Part shown: positions 26,684 to 36,797 of the stretch, piece by piece
Layout of the letters: the number at the start of each line of letters is the position of its first letter
Numbering within the stretch: the first letter of the stretch is position 1
From: Candidatus Jorgensenbacteria bacterium RIFCSPLOWO2_01_FULL_45_25b
GTDB lineage: Bacteria > Patescibacteriota > Minisyncoccia > UBA6257 > GWB1-50-10
Direction of reading: 5' to 3'
Assembly: GCA_001781035.1 (NCBI GenBank)
Contig: MFKK01000037.1
Coordinates: 1 to 57,984 of the forward strand
Length of the DNA: 57,984 nt
The notes under the pieces: generated by a model
What the model was told of the DNA's origin: nothing
The model's database searches: none
Seen by the model: the letters and a program-made list of their open reading frames with translations, nothing else
Position numbers and translations under genes: made by a program

Positions 26684-28426
26684 ATGAAATCCTCAAAGCA
26701 AAAAATTTTTCTTGACCAGCAGGTTGATATTACAACAATCGCGAAACATCTTTCGCGCGTACCAGAGAAGGAGATTATATTTAATTTTCCGCGGGGAGCG
26801 CGTTTTGCTTCCTCGCTTGATAATTTTCGCGCGTTAAAAAAGAGGGCGGATTCGCTGGGGAAGAAGGTGTTAATAGAATCAATAGACGAACGCGCTCTGG
26901 AGATGGCTTCTTCCACTGGTTTTGACACCTTAAATCCTATTTTTCAGACCGACCCCAAAACCGTTCGGGATATTATTCCGAAAACGACCTCCAAACCGGA
27001 AGGCTTTAGAACTCTTCCTGTACGTCTTTCTTCGCGAACTTCGTCTAGTGTTTCTTCCGAATCGCAGGAGAAGGCTTCTTTCTGGCGTAAGAAGGCATCG
27101 CCCGCGCCTCTTCCCACAAACAGGCTTCCTTCGTTTCTTTCCGATGACGCTGTAACAGACTCGGAATCCTCCGCTCCTGTTGTTTCAAAAAAGCCCTCAA
27201 AACCTCTTTTGTTTCCGAAGAACGCGGATTCAGGTTTTGGGATCCCTTCAAAAAAGACTGGTCGTTTTCGTGGCGGAAAGTTTGCGATGTCTTTTTTCCT
27301 GCTCGGCGGTTTGATTTTTTTGGGAGTTGGTGTTTGGGTGCTTGTCGCGGTTCTCCCAAAAGCCACAGTTAAGCTTGTTTTTAAGGAGTATTTAATGCCG
27401 TTTCAGTATCAGTTGAGAGTTGATACCGGTGTTTCAACATCAAGTATTCAGGAGGGAGCGCTGGTTCTTCCCGGAGAGCTATTGAAGGCGAGCAAGAATC
27501 TTCAGATGAGTTTTCCAGCGAATGGCACGGATAAAGTTGAGGTAAAAGCGAAGGGTAGGCTTACCATTTATAACGCCTTTAGTTCCGAGGCGCAGGCGCT
27601 TGTGGAACGTACCCGATTTGAAACTTCGGACGGAAGGGTGTTTCGTTTGATTGAGGGGGTTACCGTTCCGGGCGCGAAAATTGTTGACGGAAAGATTGAG
27701 CCGTCAACACTTGAGGTTTCCGTTCAAGCCGACCAAGCTGGAGTGGAGTATAACATTCCCGCTGTTCCAAAGTTTACTATTCCCGGATTTAAGGGAACTC
27801 CGCGATTTGAGGGATTTTATGGCGTTTCCAAAGAGCCGATGACGGGAGGATTTGTAGGTGTTCAGGCGGTCGCGACGGATGAGGATGTTGTTGCTGCGAA
27901 AAAGAGTCTTCGGGAGACGCTCTTATCTTCTCTAAAAGGGGAGCTTGGAATTTTGATGAAAGAGAATTATGACGTGCTGGAAGGTTCAACGGCATTTGAT
28001 GTTGTTAAGGAGGAAGTGGAACAGCCAGCGCCGCTTGAAAAAACATTTAAGTTGTATATGGAGGCGCGTTTTCGTCAGTTTGTGTTTGACCGCACGTCTC
28101 TTGAAGACGCTATTACCAAAGACGCGATACGGGAATTGGACGCGGGCTTCCTTCTTGCGGTTAAGAAAATTTCTGTTCAGTATTTTGACCCCCTGCTTGA
28201 TTTTTCAAAAGAGCAGTTGCAGGTGAGAGCGGAGGGAGAGATTGCGTTTCGCGCCGATATAAACGTTGGCGATTTAAAAAAGGAGTTTTTTGGAAAGGAT
28301 GCCGAATCAGCGAAGAAGATTATTTTTCAGCTTCCCGGGCTTGAGCGGGCAAATCTTTCCCTGAAACCTTTTTGGGTAGGCAGGTTTCCGAAGAACGAGA
28401 AGAAGGTAGAGATAGAGATAGAATAG
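26684..28426 (+). CDS. Hypothetical membrane protein
   Basis: 580-aa ORF with a Ser-rich linker and a single TM segment (FFLLGGLIFLGVGVWVLVAVL). No family recognised. Confidence 0.65.
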   Translation: MKSSKQKIFLDQQVDITTIAKHLSRVPEKEIIFNFPRGARFASSLDNFRALKKRADSLGKKVLIESIDERALEMASSTGFDTLNPIFQTDPKTVRDIIPKTTSKPEGFRTLPVRLSSRTSSSVSSESQEKASFWRKKASPAPLPTNRLPSFLSDDAVTDSESSAPVVSKKPSKPLLFPKNADSGFGIPSKKTGRFRGGKFAMSFFLLGGLIFLGVGVWVLVAVLPKATVKLVFKEYLMPFQYQLRVDTGVSTSSIQEGALVLPGELLKASKNLQMSFPANGTDKVEVKAKGRLTIYNAFSSEAQALVERTRFETSDGRVFRLIEGVTVPGAKIVDGKIEPSTLEVSVQADQAGVEYNIPAVPKFTIPGFKGTPRFEGFYGVSKEPMTGGFVGVQAVATDEDVVAAKKSLRETLLSSLKGELGILMKENYDVLEGSTAFDVVKEEVEQPAPLEKTFKLYMEARFRQFVFDRTSLEDAITKDAIRELDAGFLLAVKKISVQYFDPLLDFSKEQLQVRAEGEIAFRADINVGDLKKEFFGKDAESAKKIIFQLPGLERANLSLKPFWVGRFPKNEKKVEIEIE

Positions 28427-28487
28427 AAGCTAGAAGCTAGAAAATAGAAGCTAGAAGCTAGAAAATAGAAGCTAGAAGCTAAAATAA
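28424..28487 (+). repeat. 7-bp CTAGAAG array with 21-bp higher-order period, beginning at the stop codon
   Basis: (tagaagc tagaagc tagaaaa) repeated about 3 times. Confidence 0.9.
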
Positions 28488-28516
28488 AAGAAAAATAATC
28501 TGATATACTTATATAT

Positions 28517-29560
28517 ATGGAACAAATAAAATTCTCTCCAACAGCAGAAAAGCCGGAAAACGAGTCGGCGTTTGAACAGGTGGAAGGAAGAAAAGAAGCT
28601 CTTGAAAGAGCGCTTGAGTCGCTTCAAAAAACGCTAGAGAAACGATATGAAAATTTTCCATTCCACAATCCAAAACATTCCGAAGACGTGCGAAGTGGCG
28701 CGGTAAAATTTTTGGAGACTATAGAGGGCGTTGATTCTTCTTTAGTTACGTCAGAAGACAAAGAAATAGCCGAGCTTGTTGGGTTGGGACATGACCTTGT
28801 TCAAGACGCGGACACGCGCAGAGACGGAGCCCCACTTTCTATGAGGGTGCGTCATCGCGGCTTTGGTTTGGAGGATATATCAGGAAGAAAAACAGAGGGA
28901 AACGAAAGAAAAAGCGCGGAGGAACTTTTGGAAGAACTTGGAACATATAAAGACAAGGATGGAAAAAATGTGTTTGATGTGAAAGAAGGGTCCGTGTTGC
29001 GGGAGAAAATAATGAACGCGATAGCCGTAACATATCCGGAAACGGACATGGAGCTCTTAAAATCAAGCGGATTTAGGGACTTAAAGATTTTTCAGCAGTA
29101 CCTTACTCCTCAAAGCTCTGTTCTGGACCTTGCGATAGCGACCGCTGATTTGCGGGGTCCTCTTGCCGACGAGGATTTTGAGACATTTCGTAGAAGCGGA
29201 GACGCTGAATTCCGCGAGCTCAATGTTGCGATAAGCGAGGAGGTGGCGGGAGGAATAGAAAAGATTCCGCAGGAAAGAAGAGAGGCGATAGTAAAGAGCA
29301 TAAGAAATTGGAAAGTAACACAAATCTCATTCGCGAATTGGCAGAGATGGCTATTTGAAGAAAGCATAAATGGGAACGTTGCGCTCCAAAGCGCGCCAAA
29401 AGGAAGAGAAATAATGGACGCCTTGAAAAACGCGTATCTCCCAAATATGGAAAAAAATATTGAGGGAACAAAACGCGTTGCGGAAGAATCTCAAGTATTG
29501 AGCGCGGAAACCGAAGAGAATTTTCGGCAGGCGTTGGAAGCTGTAGGGTACGCGATTTGA
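28517..29560 (+). CDS. Hypothetical protein, possibly HD-domain
   Basis: FHNPKHSEDV ... LGHDLVQD resembles an H...HD motif. The assignment is weak. Confidence 0.55.
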   Translation: MEQIKFSPTAEKPENESAFEQVEGRKEALERALESLQKTLEKRYENFPFHNPKHSEDVRSGAVKFLETIEGVDSSLVTSEDKEIAELVGLGHDLVQDADTRRDGAPLSMRVRHRGFGLEDISGRKTEGNERKSAEELLEELGTYKDKDGKNVFDVKEGSVLREKIMNAIAVTYPETDMELLKSSGFRDLKIFQQYLTPQSSVLDLAIATADLRGPLADEDFETFRRSGDAEFRELNVAISEEVAGGIEKIPQERREAIVKSIRNWKVTQISFANWQRWLFEESINGNVALQSAPKGREIMDALKNAYLPNMEKNIEGTKRVAEESQVLSAETEENFRQALEAVGYAI

Positions 29561-29778
29561 AATTTTCCTATATTACCTACTCTAAACTAGAAGGTTACGA
29601 TAGAAATATAACTCGTCTCACTAAAGCGGAAGTTGTGAAATTCATAGAAATAGATTGAAATTAGTCCTTCCGCCAGGCGGGGTAACTCCCCCCCTCCCCT
29701 AAGTTTTAGGGGAGGGTACGACTTCTGTTGACTTTTCTTTAGTTTTAGTGTACAGTATGTACAAGGTGTTTTTTTTGT

Positions 29779-30600
29779 ATGAAAAAACTTTTTGTTTTAT
29801 TTATCTTTGTTCTTCTTTTTGGGGCGGTTTCTACTCGCTCTGTTTTCGCGCATCCGGGTCCGGTTGACGCGGAGGGATGCCACGAGTGTCGGCGAGGGTG
29901 TGATTTTTGGAATTATTGGAGTGTTCCGAATGTTTTGAAGCATTGTCATCCGGAGCGCGCTTTTGCTACGTCAACTGTTACCAAGGAGAAGGGCGCTGAT
30001 TATTCTTTGCTTTGGAGCGCTGGAGCGGAAGTGAAGCAGATACTTGGCGGAAATTCTTTTCTTGTTCAATTTGAGGACGGGTCAAAAAGAGAGGTGAGGC
30101 TTATCGGTGCTGAGTCTCCTAGTGTTTTTGTTTCTGAAGATAGGGCAGAATGTATTGAAAAGAAGGAGTTGGACGCGACGGAAGCGCTTCGCGGGCTTGT
30201 GTTTGAAAAAAAGGTTCTCTTGATTCGGGAGGGAGAAGAGAATGAGGATGAGGCTCATCGGCTTTTTCGCAATGTTTATCTTGAGGCTCTGTTTGTGAAC
30301 AGAGAGATGGCAAGTTCGGGATACGCGTATGTTTCGGACATGCCGTTTCTCGCGAGAGAGGATTTTTTGAAGGCGGAAGAGGAGGCAAAAGAAGCCGTTC
30401 TTGGCCTTTGGAATCCTGATATTTGTAAAGACGTAACGAAGCAGAGTGTGTTGCGCGACAAGCTGTACGCTCGCCTTTTGGATATTCGCAATGTTCCCCG
30501 ATGGATATTGTATCTTTTAGGTGTCGCCACTCCTTTTGTTTGGCTTGTGTCACGCGGTTTGATTCAGAGAAGAAAAGATAAAGAAGAGGAAGAATCCTAA
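29779..30600 (+). CDS. Secreted thermonuclease (SNase)-like protein with Cys/His-rich N-terminal motif and C-terminal TM
   Basis: Signal peptide, HPGPVDAEGCHEC, VRLIGAESP, NREMASSGYAYV and AKEAVLGLW. Confidence 0.7.
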   Translation: MKKLFVLFIFVLLFGAVSTRSVFAHPGPVDAEGCHECRRGCDFWNYWSVPNVLKHCHPERAFATSTVTKEKGADYSLLWSAGAEVKQILGGNSFLVQFEDGSKREVRLIGAESPSVFVSEDRAECIEKKELDATEALRGLVFEKKVLLIREGEENEDEAHRLFRNVYLEALFVNREMASSGYAYVSDMPFLAREDFLKAEEEAKEAVLGLWNPDICKDVTKQSVLRDKLYARLLDIRNVPRWILYLLGVATPFVWLVSRGLIQRRKDKEEEES

Positions 30601-30603
30601 AGT

Positions 30604-31293
30604 ATGAGAATTCAAAAATATCTTTCGGAGCAGGGCGTTATGTCCCGTCGGGAGGCGGAGGAGAGTATGCGGAAAGGGTTTGTTACGTGCAACGGGAAGG
30701 TTGTTCGTGATTTAGGAAGGCAGATTGACCCGGAACGCGACCGTATTCGCGTTCTTTCTTCCTCTTCTTCCGCCGAACGAAAAATGACAATTCTTGTAAA
30801 TAAGCCCCGCGGAGTTGTCTCGTCAAAAAATCCAAAAGAAGGCTTTACGGTTTTCCAAATGCTTCCTCAATTTGCAAACCTTCATGTCGTGGGACGCCTT
30901 GATAAGGAGAGCGAGGGAGCTCTTTTGCTTTCCAACGACGGGCCTGTTACGGCTTCCGTTACATCCGAGAAGCATCTTATTGAAAAAGAATATGAGGTTT
31001 GGATTCGGGAAGTTGTGCGTCCCGGGCGGATTCGGAAGATGGAGGAGGGGGTGCTTTTGGAAGACGGAAGAACATTGCCCGCGCGAGTTTCGCGAATTGA
31101 CGACCACGCGTTTCGGATTGTCTTGCGGGAGGGGAGGAAGCATCAGATTCGAAGAATGGCAGCCGTGCTTATGCTTACCGTTACCCGCCTGAAGCGTATT
31201 CGTATTGGAGACCTTACTCTCAAAGGCTTGAAGGAGGGGGGGTTTCGCGCGTTGTCTTTTGCCGAAGTTCAGGCGTTTAAACGGAGAAGCTAG
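30604..31293 (+). CDS. Pseudouridine synthase, RsuA/RluB family
   Basis: S4 domain MRIQKYLSEQGVMSRREAE and the catalytic motif VGRLDKESEGALLLSNDG. Confidence 0.85.
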   Translation: MRIQKYLSEQGVMSRREAEESMRKGFVTCNGKVVRDLGRQIDPERDRIRVLSSSSSAERKMTILVNKPRGVVSSKNPKEGFTVFQMLPQFANLHVVGRLDKESEGALLLSNDGPVTASVTSEKHLIEKEYEVWIREVVRPGRIRKMEEGVLLEDGRTLPARVSRIDDHAFRIVLREGRKHQIRRMAAVLMLTVTRLKRIRIGDLTLKGLKEGGFRALSFAEVQAFKRRS

Positions 31294-31325
31294 AAAATAG
31301 AAGCTAGAAGCTAGAATCTAGGATT
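31286..31325 (+). repeat. 7-bp CTAGAAG array filling the gap between convergent genes
   Basis: gaagc tagaaaa tagaagc tagaagc tagaatc taggatt. Confidence 0.9.
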
Positions 31326-32296
31326 TAAGGTTTGGTTTTTTTATCTTGTATCGTGTTTAGGAGTTTTTTTACTTTTTCAATACTTTTATCATCAAGGATT
31401 GAGATTCCAAGCACTTTCTTGGAGATTTTTTTCAGCTCGGTTTCTTTTTGCTTTAACTCTGCGCTTGAGACGGAGTCGCTTTTTGTAAGAAGCACATACT
31501 CGGGTTTTTTTAGAAGTCGAGGATTGTGTTTTTCCATCTCTTTTTTTACCGTGAGATATTCTTTTTTTGGATGTTCCGATTCGGCGGAGACGAGGTGAAA
31601 GAGAACCTTTGTGCGTTCAATGTGGCGGAGAAATTTGACTCCAAGTCCTTTTCCCGCGGAGGCTCCCTCAATTAGTCCCGGAATGTCGGCGAGGATGAGC
31701 TCGTAGTAGGCTCCGAGATTTGGTTCAAGTGTCGTGAATGGGTAGTTCGCGACTTTGCTTTTGGATGAGGTTAGCGCGTTTAAGAGACTGGATTTTCCGG
31801 CGTTTGGGAGCCCAATTAACCCGACATCCGCGATGAGCTTTAATTCCAGACGCAGAGAGAGATTTTCTCCCTGAAGCCCCGGTTGAAATTGTTTTGGAGT
31901 CGTGTTTCTTGAGGAACGGAAGAGAAAGTTTCCTTTTCCGCCATTTCCTCCCTTCGCGATGAGTAGTTTTTCTCCAACACGCGTGATTTCTTTTGTTTCT
32001 TTCGTCGCGAGATTTTGAATTACTGTTCCGGTCGGAACTTTTAATATCAAATCTTCTCCCGTTCTGCCGTCTCTGAATTGCGATCTTCCGTCCGCGCCAT
32101 CCCCCGCCTTTATATCTTTTTTGAATTGGAACTGATTTAGAGCGCTTATATTGGAGACGCCTTCAAGATACACATTTCCGCCCTTCCCGCCGCTTCCGCC
32201 GGTCGGGCCAAGGTGCATGGGAATGTTATTGAAAGCAACGCAACCCTTTCCGCCCTTCCCGCCGGAAACTTTTATCACTATGTCATCTATCAACAT
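31325..32296 (-). CDS. obg: GTPase Obg
   Basis: Gly-rich Obg fold (GGKGGKG, GGSGGKGGNV) and G1 motif GLPNAGKSSLL. Confidence 0.9.
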   Translation of the reverse strand: MLIDDIVIKVSGGKGGKGCVAFNNIPMHLGPTGGSGGKGGNVYLEGVSNISALNQFQFKKDIKAGDGADGRSQFRDGRTGEDLILKVPTGTVIQNLATKETKEITRVGEKLLIAKGGNGGKGNFLFRSSRNTTPKQFQPGLQGENLSLRLELKLIADVGLIGLPNAGKSSLLNALTSSKSKVANYPFTTLEPNLGAYYELILADIPGLIEGASAGKGLGVKFLRHIERTKVLFHLVSAESEHPKKEYLTVKKEMEKHNPRLLKKPEYVLLTKSDSVSSAELKQKETELKKISKKVLGISILDDKSIEKVKKLLNTIQDKKTKP

Positions 32297-32300
32297 ACTA

Positions 32301-33761
32301 TTATAGTTTTGCCAAATCTAACGTTTCGTCAATGCGGATTTTTTGCACGAAATCGGCAACATGGCTAACCAGTATCATCGCGCCCTCGTATTTATTTAGC
32401 GCCTCCGCGATCACCGGAATGTGGCGGAAGTTTATGTGGTTTGTGGGTTCGTCCAGTATAAGGAGTCCGGGCTTTTGGAGAACGAGGCGGGCGAGGGAGA
32501 GGAGCCCTTTTTGTCCTTCGGACAGGGAACCAATTTTTGTTTTTAATATTTCCGCGTTTAGGAGAAAGCCCGCCGCGACCGAGCGGAGATTTTCTTCGGT
32601 ACAATTTTGGACGACGTTTGTGAGCGAGGAGTAGGCGCTTTCGTTGAAATCAAGCGTGGAGAAATCCTGTCGGTAGTAGCCGACTCGTACGCCTTCCTGG
32701 AAGCTTATTCCTTTCGCGGTTCCTTTCGCGATTGATTCCAGGAGCGTTGTTTTTCCTATTCCATTCGGACCCGAAAGAAGAAGGTGCTGGTTTTTTTTCA
32801 AAGATATGGCTACTTTTTTTGCCGTTGTTTTGTGGTTTTTTACGACCGAGACGGATTGAATGTTTACAATTTCTCCCTGCAGGTTTTCTTCGCAAGGAAT
32901 GAAAAAGTTCCTTATTTTTTTATCTTCTTCGCGAATGTCTACCTTGTTTTCTTCCAGCTCATCAATCTTTTCGCGCATTTTTTTCGCGACGTTTCGCAGG
33001 CGGCCTCCTTTTTGCGCGAAGAAATTCGCCTGTTCTTTTCTGTTTTCAATATCTTTTTCAAGGCGTACGTTTAACATCCGTTCGCGCTCAATGCGTTTTG
33101 CTATTTCTTCAACTACGACGTAGTAGTTTCCGACATATTGTTCCACTTTGCGCGTGTGAATATCCAAGTACAACACTCCGTGGGAAAAGGAATTCAAAAA
33201 ATCCGCGTCGTGAGAAATAACAATACAGGTGTTTTTGAAATCTATGAGGAATTTTTTCAAATGCTCTATTCCTTCCTTGTCCAGATTATTCGTCGGCTCA
33301 TCAAGGAGGAGGAGGTCGGGGTTTTGTATGAGCGCGAAGGCGAGAAGAAGGCGCGCCTGCTGTCCTCCCGAAAACTGTTTTATTTTCTTTTCAAGCGATA
33401 CCGCGTGAAGATTTACCACTTGCAGAATTTTTTCACTTTTCGGGTCAATATCGTATATCTTTTCTTTGAAGGCGGACTCAAAAAATTCCCGCACGGTGAG
33501 CTCAAGTTCGTTTCTGGGAATGGTTTGTTTCGCGATCGCGACGGTTATGTTTCCGCTTACCGTTACCTTGCCCTCCTCGGGTTCAAGGTTTTTTGTAATA
33601 AGCTGAAGAATGGAGCTTTTTCCGGCTCCGTTTTGTCCCATGAGAGTTATTTTCGCTCCACCGCGCACCGAAAAACTCGCCTCATCAAGAATGGGTTTCG
33701 CGGGGCCGAAACTGAAGGATACCCCGTTGAATCTAAGAATGACATCGCCGTGGTTGTACAT
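32301..33761 (-). CDS. ABC-F family ATPase (two ABC cassettes, no TM)
   Basis: Walker A motifs GQNGAGKSS and GPNGIGKTT; signatures FSGGQQ and LSEGQK. Confidence 0.85.
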   Translation of the reverse strand: MYNHGDVILRFNGVSFSFGPAKPILDEASFSVRGGAKITLMGQNGAGKSSILQLITKNLEPEEGKVTVSGNITVAIAKQTIPRNELELTVREFFESAFKEKIYDIDPKSEKILQVVNLHAVSLEKKIKQFSGGQQARLLLAFALIQNPDLLLLDEPTNNLDKEGIEHLKKFLIDFKNTCIVISHDADFLNSFSHGVLYLDIHTRKVEQYVGNYYVVVEEIAKRIERERMLNVRLEKDIENRKEQANFFAQKGGRLRNVAKKMREKIDELEENKVDIREEDKKIRNFFIPCEENLQGEIVNIQSVSVVKNHKTTAKKVAISLKKNQHLLLSGPNGIGKTTLLESIAKGTAKGISFQEGVRVGYYRQDFSTLDFNESAYSSLTNVVQNCTEENLRSVAAGFLLNAEILKTKIGSLSEGQKGLLSLARLVLQKPGLLILDEPTNHINFRHIPVIAEALNKYEGAMILVSHVADFVQKIRIDETLDLAKL

Positions 33762-33921
33762 AATGTGGACGAATTTCTAATTCCTAATCTCTAATTTCTA
33801 AACAACACTAACATATAAGAAAACCGCAAGCGCATAGCATACCTTATTTCCTGATTTTTTTCAACCCCGTTAGCCCCGTTACAAATAGAATTTCTAGCAT
33901 TGGAGGTCGAACCTCCAAACA

Positions 33922-34521
33922 TTAGGGATTTACGCGTCTCTTTTTTTCCAGCCAGTCGGGTATCGGTTCAAAGATGATTTTTTCCCATCCGACCACTTCT
34001 TTTTCGGTTACGTCGTAATATGCCTGATAGGCTGTTTCCACGCTTCCATGAAGGGCATCTTTCCATTTGAGATTTAATTTTTCCGCAAGATTTTTTATTT
34101 TTTCTTCGCTTGGCGCTTCAAGTTCCAGAAAGGTTGGAATCCACGGCCATGTGTCTATCGTGATTTCACAATCCTCAAGTGTCCATGTTTCGCGTTTGGT
34201 TTCCTGATACGCGTGAGAGCGCAACCCTAACCTCGCGAGGAAGTCGCAGGTTGTTTCAAAATCACTTACTTCTATTGTTAGTTCCTTTGTGCCGTGAAGA
34301 GTTCTATTAATAAGCTGTTTGAGGCTTAGCGTTACTTTTTCGCCTTCATCGCGAACCCTTACCCACGCGCCTGTTTTTTGCAGTGTTTTGTCGGGGAAGT
34401 CAAACACCCGGCGTTTCATCAGATGCTCGGGATGTACGAGTTTTCCTCCCAGTTTTTGAAGGATTGTCCTTGTGTTTTCAGGCTTAATACCCAGAAATTT
34501 AGCCTCAATTTCAGTTTGCAT
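33922..34521 (-). CDS. CYTH-domain protein (class IV adenylate cyclase / triphosphatase-like)
   Basis: N-terminal EIEAKF (ExExK) motif. Confidence 0.7.
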   Translation of the reverse strand: MQTEIEAKFLGIKPENTRTILQKLGGKLVHPEHLMKRRVFDFPDKTLQKTGAWVRVRDEGEKVTLSLKQLINRTLHGTKELTIEVSDFETTCDFLARLGLRSHAYQETKRETWTLEDCEITIDTWPWIPTFLELEAPSEEKIKNLAEKLNLKWKDALHGSVETAYQAYYDVTEKEVVGWEKIIFEPIPDWLEKKRRVNP

Positions 34522-34568
34522 ACGTTCTGTACTTTAACAGGATTTTACTCTTTTGGCTAGCTTATTTT

Positions 34569-35858
34569 GTGTATATGGTATATAGTGCTCTGCGCATGAA
34601 CATAGAAAAAAGTTTCAATGAAATGGGTATCGCGCCGGGAATACTGGAGATTCTTTCCCGGATGAAATTTACTTCTCCCACGCCGATTCAGGAGCAGTCT
34701 ATTCCTGTTGCTTTGGAGGGTAAGGATTTAATCGGTATCGCGCAAACCGGCACCGGAAAGACGCTCGCCTTCGGGATTCCGATGATTCAGGCTGTTCTTC
34801 GAACGAAGGCGGAAGGGCTTGTGATTTTGCCCACGCGGGAACTTGCTTTGCAGGTGTATGAAGTTTTTCAAAACATCGCGGGACCTTTGGGGCTTCGGGG
34901 AGCGCTTTTGATTGGAGGCGAGGCGATTGGACGGCAGACGCGGGATTTGCAACGACACCCCCATATTATTATCGGAACTCCGGGAAGGATTTTGGATCAT
35001 ATTGAACGTAGAGAAGGATTGCTTTCTCATACTACCGTTTTGGTGCTTGATGAAGCGGATAGAATGCTTGATATGGGATTTGCTCCGCAATTATCCAAGA
35101 TACTTACGACTCTTCCGCGCGCGCGACAGACGATGCTTTTTTCCGCCACGATGCCCGCGGAAATTGTCCGTATCGCGCAGACTCACATGAGGCTTCCTGT
35201 TCGGGTGGAGGTTGCTCCGTCGGGGAGCGTGCTTCCGGAGGTTACGCAGGAGCTTTTCTTCGTTTCCCGAGAGGCGAAACCCTCCCTGCTTTTGAAATTG
35301 CTTGGCGAGTATCGGGGACAGATTTTGGTATTCGTGCGAACGAAATTTGGAGTTACAAAAATTACGCGTGGACTTCGCGCGCAGGGTCATCAGGCCGGGG
35401 AGCTTCATTCAAACCGGACGCTTGGCCAGAGGCGTGAGGCGCTAAACGGATTTAAGACGGGGAAGTATCGCGTGCTTGTCGCGACGGATATCGCGGCGCG
35501 CGGTATTGATGTGAAAAATATAGAGCTCGTGGTGAATTATGATTTGCCCTCAAACGCGGAAGATTATGTGCATCGTATCGGAAGAACGGGGCGCGCGGGA
35601 GTGAGAGGACACGCGATCGCGTTCGCGACCCCCGACCAGAGAGGGAATGTACGGGGAATTGAGCGACTTATGCGAATTGCTTTGCCTCTCTCCAAGCTTC
35701 CCGAATTGCCGAACGTTCCTCAAGTTTCGCAAGCAGTTTCTTTTTCACCGGAGAAACTCACGCCTTTTCGCGGAAGAAACTCCCGTTCCCCGTATTCCAA
35801 GCCTCCTCGGCGGGAATTTCACGGAGCGGAAAGAAGAATCGCTCGGAGGCACAGATAA
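34569..35858 (+). CDS. DEAD-box RNA helicase (start possibly ATG 34596)
   Basis: AQTGTGKT, PTRELA, DEAD, SAT and HRIGRTGRAG motifs. Confidence 0.9.
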   Translation: MYMVYSALRMNIEKSFNEMGIAPGILEILSRMKFTSPTPIQEQSIPVALEGKDLIGIAQTGTGKTLAFGIPMIQAVLRTKAEGLVILPTRELALQVYEVFQNIAGPLGLRGALLIGGEAIGRQTRDLQRHPHIIIGTPGRILDHIERREGLLSHTTVLVLDEADRMLDMGFAPQLSKILTTLPRARQTMLFSATMPAEIVRIAQTHMRLPVRVEVAPSGSVLPEVTQELFFVSREAKPSLLLKLLGEYRGQILVFVRTKFGVTKITRGLRAQGHQAGELHSNRTLGQRREALNGFKTGKYRVLVATDIAARGIDVKNIELVVNYDLPSNAEDYVHRIGRTGRAGVRGHAIAFATPDQRGNVRGIERLMRIALPLSKLPELPNVPQVSQAVSFSPEKLTPFRGRNSRSPYSKPPRREFHGAERRIARRHR

Positions 35859-36767
35859 TTATTTGAGCCACGAGGCGATTTCGTTTCCAAGTATCGCTCT
35901 TTTCCCTTTAAAAGAGTGGTTTGCTCCTTTGATGATGCTGTAGGTGAAATTTGGCTGTTCTTTTTTTAGAATACCTATTACGCGCGGAATATTTCCCCAG
36001 GCGTATTCGTCTTTGTCTCCATAGATGACAAGCGTGGGTTTTTTTATTGATTTGAAGTGACGAAAGAGAGGCTCTTTGGAGAGTTTTATTTTTTTAATAA
36101 CTTCATAAAAAGGGAAGATGTTGTAATCGCCGTCGGGATTCGCGATGTCGTAGAAGCTCGCATATGAGAATATAAGAGGCAGGAGATTTGGGATTATATC
36201 CTCACCTCTCCCGTTTTTTATTTTTTGTTTCGCGGTTTTTAGAGTTTTCCAAAATGTATTTTTTCCGAGAAGGTCGTAGTAGATTCCCGTGTCGTCTCCG
36301 CCACAGAGAAGGATGTATGTTTGTATTTCGTTTTTTGGTTTGTAGAAGTTGTAGACGCAGATTTTGTTCGCGCCCGTTGAGGAGCCCGCGAGATAGAGCG
36401 TTTTGCATCCGCGTTTTTTTAGAAAGGCAATCGCGCCCTCAATGTCTTCAACGCACTCCTTGATTTTTTCGTGCGCCATGCCGCACTTTTTCCCGCTTAT
36501 TTTTTCGTTTTTTTCAACATCAAGTTCGTGGACTATGTGCGCTCCGCGGTTGTTGAAGTAGAGGGTGGAAATCCCTTTTTTTTCAAGCGCTTCCGCGACG
36601 GGAAGCTTGTTTTTTGTATTATAAAAGACGGATGAACCTCCGTTGCCGTGGAGATAGATGAGGGCGCGAGCGGATTTTTTCACTTCGTAAAAAAGCCCCG
36701 GGAGAGTTAGGCCGTCTTTGGTTTTGAATTCAACAAAATTCGGGGGCAGTGTTTCTTTATTTCGCAT
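35859..36767 (-). CDS. Alpha/beta hydrolase
   Basis: LHGNGG and the GSSTG nucleophile elbow. Trimmed to ATG 36767 because the longer ORF overlaps pyrF. Confidence 0.7.
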   Translation of the reverse strand: MRNKETLPPNFVEFKTKDGLTLPGLFYEVKKSARALIYLHGNGGSSVFYNTKNKLPVAEALEKKGISTLYFNNRGAHIVHELDVEKNEKISGKKCGMAHEKIKECVEDIEGAIAFLKKRGCKTLYLAGSSTGANKICVYNFYKPKNEIQTYILLCGGDDTGIYYDLLGKNTFWKTLKTAKQKIKNGRGEDIIPNLLPLIFSYASFYDIANPDGDYNIFPFYEVIKKIKLSKEPLFRHFKSIKKPTLVIYGDKDEYAWGNIPRVIGILKKEQPNFTYSIIKGANHSFKGKRAILGNEIASWLK

Positions 36768-36797
36768 CTGTCCATTATACTGGAGAGAGGAAAGGAT

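Noticed and set aside
33138-33794. Long antisense shadow ORFs. Examples are 33138-33794 opposite the ABC-F gene, 49981-50943 opposite the RT, 8103-8648 opposite the helicase fusion, 44005-44430 and 22886-23281.
   Set aside because: Each lies entirely within a strongly supported gene on the other strand, has a low-complexity or biased composition, and has no recognisable motif.
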